Below are positions 62,236 through 64,000 of a stretch of DNA of 64,000 nucleotides, one piece after another. Source of the DNA: Leptolyngbyaceae cyanobacterium. GTDB taxonomy: Bacteria; Cyanobacteriota; Cyanobacteriia; Phormidesmidales; Phormidesmidaceae. The notes below the pieces were generated by a model. That model was not told the origin of the DNA, ran no database searches, and saw only the letters and a program-made list of their open reading frames with translations. The stretch lies in the NCBI GenBank assembly GCA_965263355.1, contig CBDHHL010000032.1, positions 768,001 through 832,000 on the forward strand. The letters run 5' to 3'. The translations under genes were made by a program, and so were the position numbers. The stretch's first letter is position 1, and every line of letters starts with the position of its first letter.

Positions 62236-63660
62236 ATGACCGCTGCACCGTATCAATCTGCCCTTTTTAAAAGGTGTAAAGAAATCCATGGATTTTTGTC
62301 AGATTGCCAGCGACAGGCGACTTACAATCAGCATGCTAAGCTTGCCAACATTACACTTCCCATCAGTACTATTGAACCGTGGCTAGCACTACAGCATTTA
62401 GAGGCCACCTATCCGATACATTTTTACTATTCGACTTCTCAATATACCCTTTTGGGGTTAGGCGTAACTATTACTCAGCACACTGCAGGCTCCGATCGAT
62501 TTGAACGCCTGCAGCAATTTGTAGATGTTTGGAGACGTCGTATCTTGTCATACAATCGTGGTAAGCTACCAGTGAAACCTTATTTTCTATGTGGTTTTAC
62601 CTTTTTTGATCAAGTTGCTAACAGTTTATTTGACGCAGCTCAAGTATTTGTTCCTAAACTGCAAATTCTTCAACATGCCGGTCAAACAACCGTAAGCTTA
62701 AATTATCTAATTGATGATGCAGTGAATATCAATCGTCTTGTGGATGATATCAGACAACAACTCCAGGCATTGGAAACTGCAGCTAAGAAAGCAGCCCACC
62801 AGGCCAGGATATCATTCTCGAATCTCTCAAAAACTCCTAAAGTTGTTAGAGATGTAGGCAACTTTGAGCGCATGGTCAGTAACGTACTGCCTGCACTAAA
62901 CAGTTCTAGTCTACACAAAGTGGTACTTGCCGATGCACTTGATGTATTATCTGCAAAACCTTTTAACATTCCAGCTTCTCTCAAAGCTCTTGGTACTGCT
63001 TACAATGATTGTTGTATCTTCTCATTTAGCAATGGTCAAGGTCCCGTTTTTATGGGAGCAAGTCCAGAAAGATTGTTGAGTATTACTACATCAGCTAGAG
63101 GAAAGCATCTTACCACTGATGCTTTAGCAGGTTCTGCCCCTCGAAGTAACAACATCCAGACCGATCAGCTGATTGCCAAACAATTGCTCAACGATCCCAA
63201 AGAACGTTATGAACATCAGGTTGTTGTTGAATTTATCGTAGACCAATTAACCAAACTAGGTCTAAACCCTAAATTTGCCAGTATCCCATCCATACTTCAA
63301 CTAGCTAACATCCAACATTTACACACTCCCATTCAGGCCTCTTTACCCAATAACCTGAAACCGTTGACTCTAGTTAAGACATTACATCCTACCCCCGCTG
63401 TTGCCGGTTTACCCAGACCCATTGCCAGCCAATTACTCAACACAACAGAATCTTTTGATCGAGGACTTTACGCCTCTCCCCTTGGCTGGATTGATGCTAA
63501 TGACAATAGTGAATTTGTTGTGTGTATTCGCTCTGCCCTCATTGATGGTTGTCAGGCCAGATTATTTGCTGGAGCCGGAATTGTTGCTCAGTCCAATCCT
63601 CGCAGTGAGTTGGCAGAAGTTAAACTCAAGTTGCAGGCACTTCTGGGGACCTTAGTGTAA
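62236..63660 (+). CDS. menF: Isochorismate synthase
   Basis: KVVLA, GASPERL, ALAGS, KERYEH, LHPTPAVAG, RGLYA, FAGAGIV. Confidence 0.92.
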   Translation: MTAAPYQSALFKRCKEIHGFLSDCQRQATYNQHAKLANITLPISTIEPWLALQHLEATYPIHFYYSTSQYTLLGLGVTITQHTAGSDRFERLQQFVDVWRRRILSYNRGKLPVKPYFLCGFTFFDQVANSLFDAAQVFVPKLQILQHAGQTTVSLNYLIDDAVNINRLVDDIRQQLQALETAAKKAAHQARISFSNLSKTPKVVRDVGNFERMVSNVLPALNSSSLHKVVLADALDVLSAKPFNIPASLKALGTAYNDCCIFSFSNGQGPVFMGASPERLLSITTSARGKHLTTDALAGSAPRSNNIQTDQLIAKQLLNDPKERYEHQVVVEFIVDQLTKLGLNPKFASIPSILQLANIQHLHTPIQASLPNNLKPLTLVKTLHPTPAVAGLPRPIASQLLNTTESFDRGLYASPLGWIDANDNSEFVVCIRSALIDGCQARLFAGAGIVAQSNPRSELAEVKLKLQALLGTLV

Positions 63661-63732
63661 GCATATTAGACTATAGCAACACCAATACCCTGTGGGGCTC
63701 AGCCATAGCAAAATCAGTGCTAGTGAATAAAC

Positions 63733-63770
63733 ACCTGCGGCAACCGACACATTTATCAGTTACCGCAGGT
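63733..63770. terminator. Hairpin between convergent genes
   Basis: ACCTGCGGCAAC...GTTACCGCAGGT. Confidence 0.65.
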
Positions 63771-63809
63771 AAAAGAACTCAGTTATAAATGAATCTCGTT
63801 AATGACCAT

Positions 63810-64000
63810 TTATTGACCGTTACCTGTAGCCACAGCTGGGGTTCCCAGCTGCACATTAGGCGTCTGCACCACAGGAGCTTGCTGACCATTCCACTTATCT
63901 ACACGAGCCCGCTCATTTCGCAGACGCTCTAATTCCAACAGCTGGGGCGTTACCGAACCTGCTCGCAAACGATTTGCTTCGGCCTCTGCTTTTGCCTCTT
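63810..64000 (-). CDS. C-terminus of an SPFH/prohibitin-like protein (truncated by window edge, not in ORF track)
   Basis: Manual translation EAKAEAEANRLRAGSVTPQLLELERLRNERARVDKWNGQ...GNGQ*. Confidence 0.7.
   Translation of the reverse strand, partial: EAKAEAEANRLRAGSVTPQLLELERLRNERARVDKWNGQQAPVVQTPNVQLGTPAVATGNGQ

Noticed and set aside
62236..63660. Isochorismate synthase as part of an aryl-capped siderophore cluster with the NRPS
   Set aside because: No isochorismatase, aryl-AMP ligase or TonB receptor; the A domain retains the amino-acid-binding Asp; most likely housekeeping menF for phylloquinone.

Overview
Chromosomal window of a cyanobacterium: it carries psbA, a flavodiiron gene, ppc, a CIRCE-controlled monocistronic groEL and many HIP1 (GCGATCGC) octamers. 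The Leptolyngbya-like placement is my impression only. Housekeeping genes alternate with three AT-richer accessory blocks. (1) About 10.7-22.3 kb holds a four-gene chaperone-usher pilus operon, two IS66-family elements with exact 8-bp target duplications (one carries a nonsense mutation) and an IS5 remnant. (2) About 42.4-47.3 kb holds a DUF6745-like gene pair and a vanadium haloperoxidase fusion. (3) About 56.5-62 kb holds a DUF6875-like gene divergent from a stand-alone A-T-TE NRPS and an acyltransferase. The most striking unannotated signal is a 69-bp dispersed element present in five copies. The copies are flanked by TA and show compensatory stem substitutions, and one copy is nested inside another. 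Also notable is a thrC-like + MoaD-like operon (candidate MetM/MetO homocysteine route) preceded by a perfect IscR/Rrf2-type palindrome. No tRNA, rRNA or CRISPR array was recognised. All calls come from reading the sequence by eye; no searches were run.
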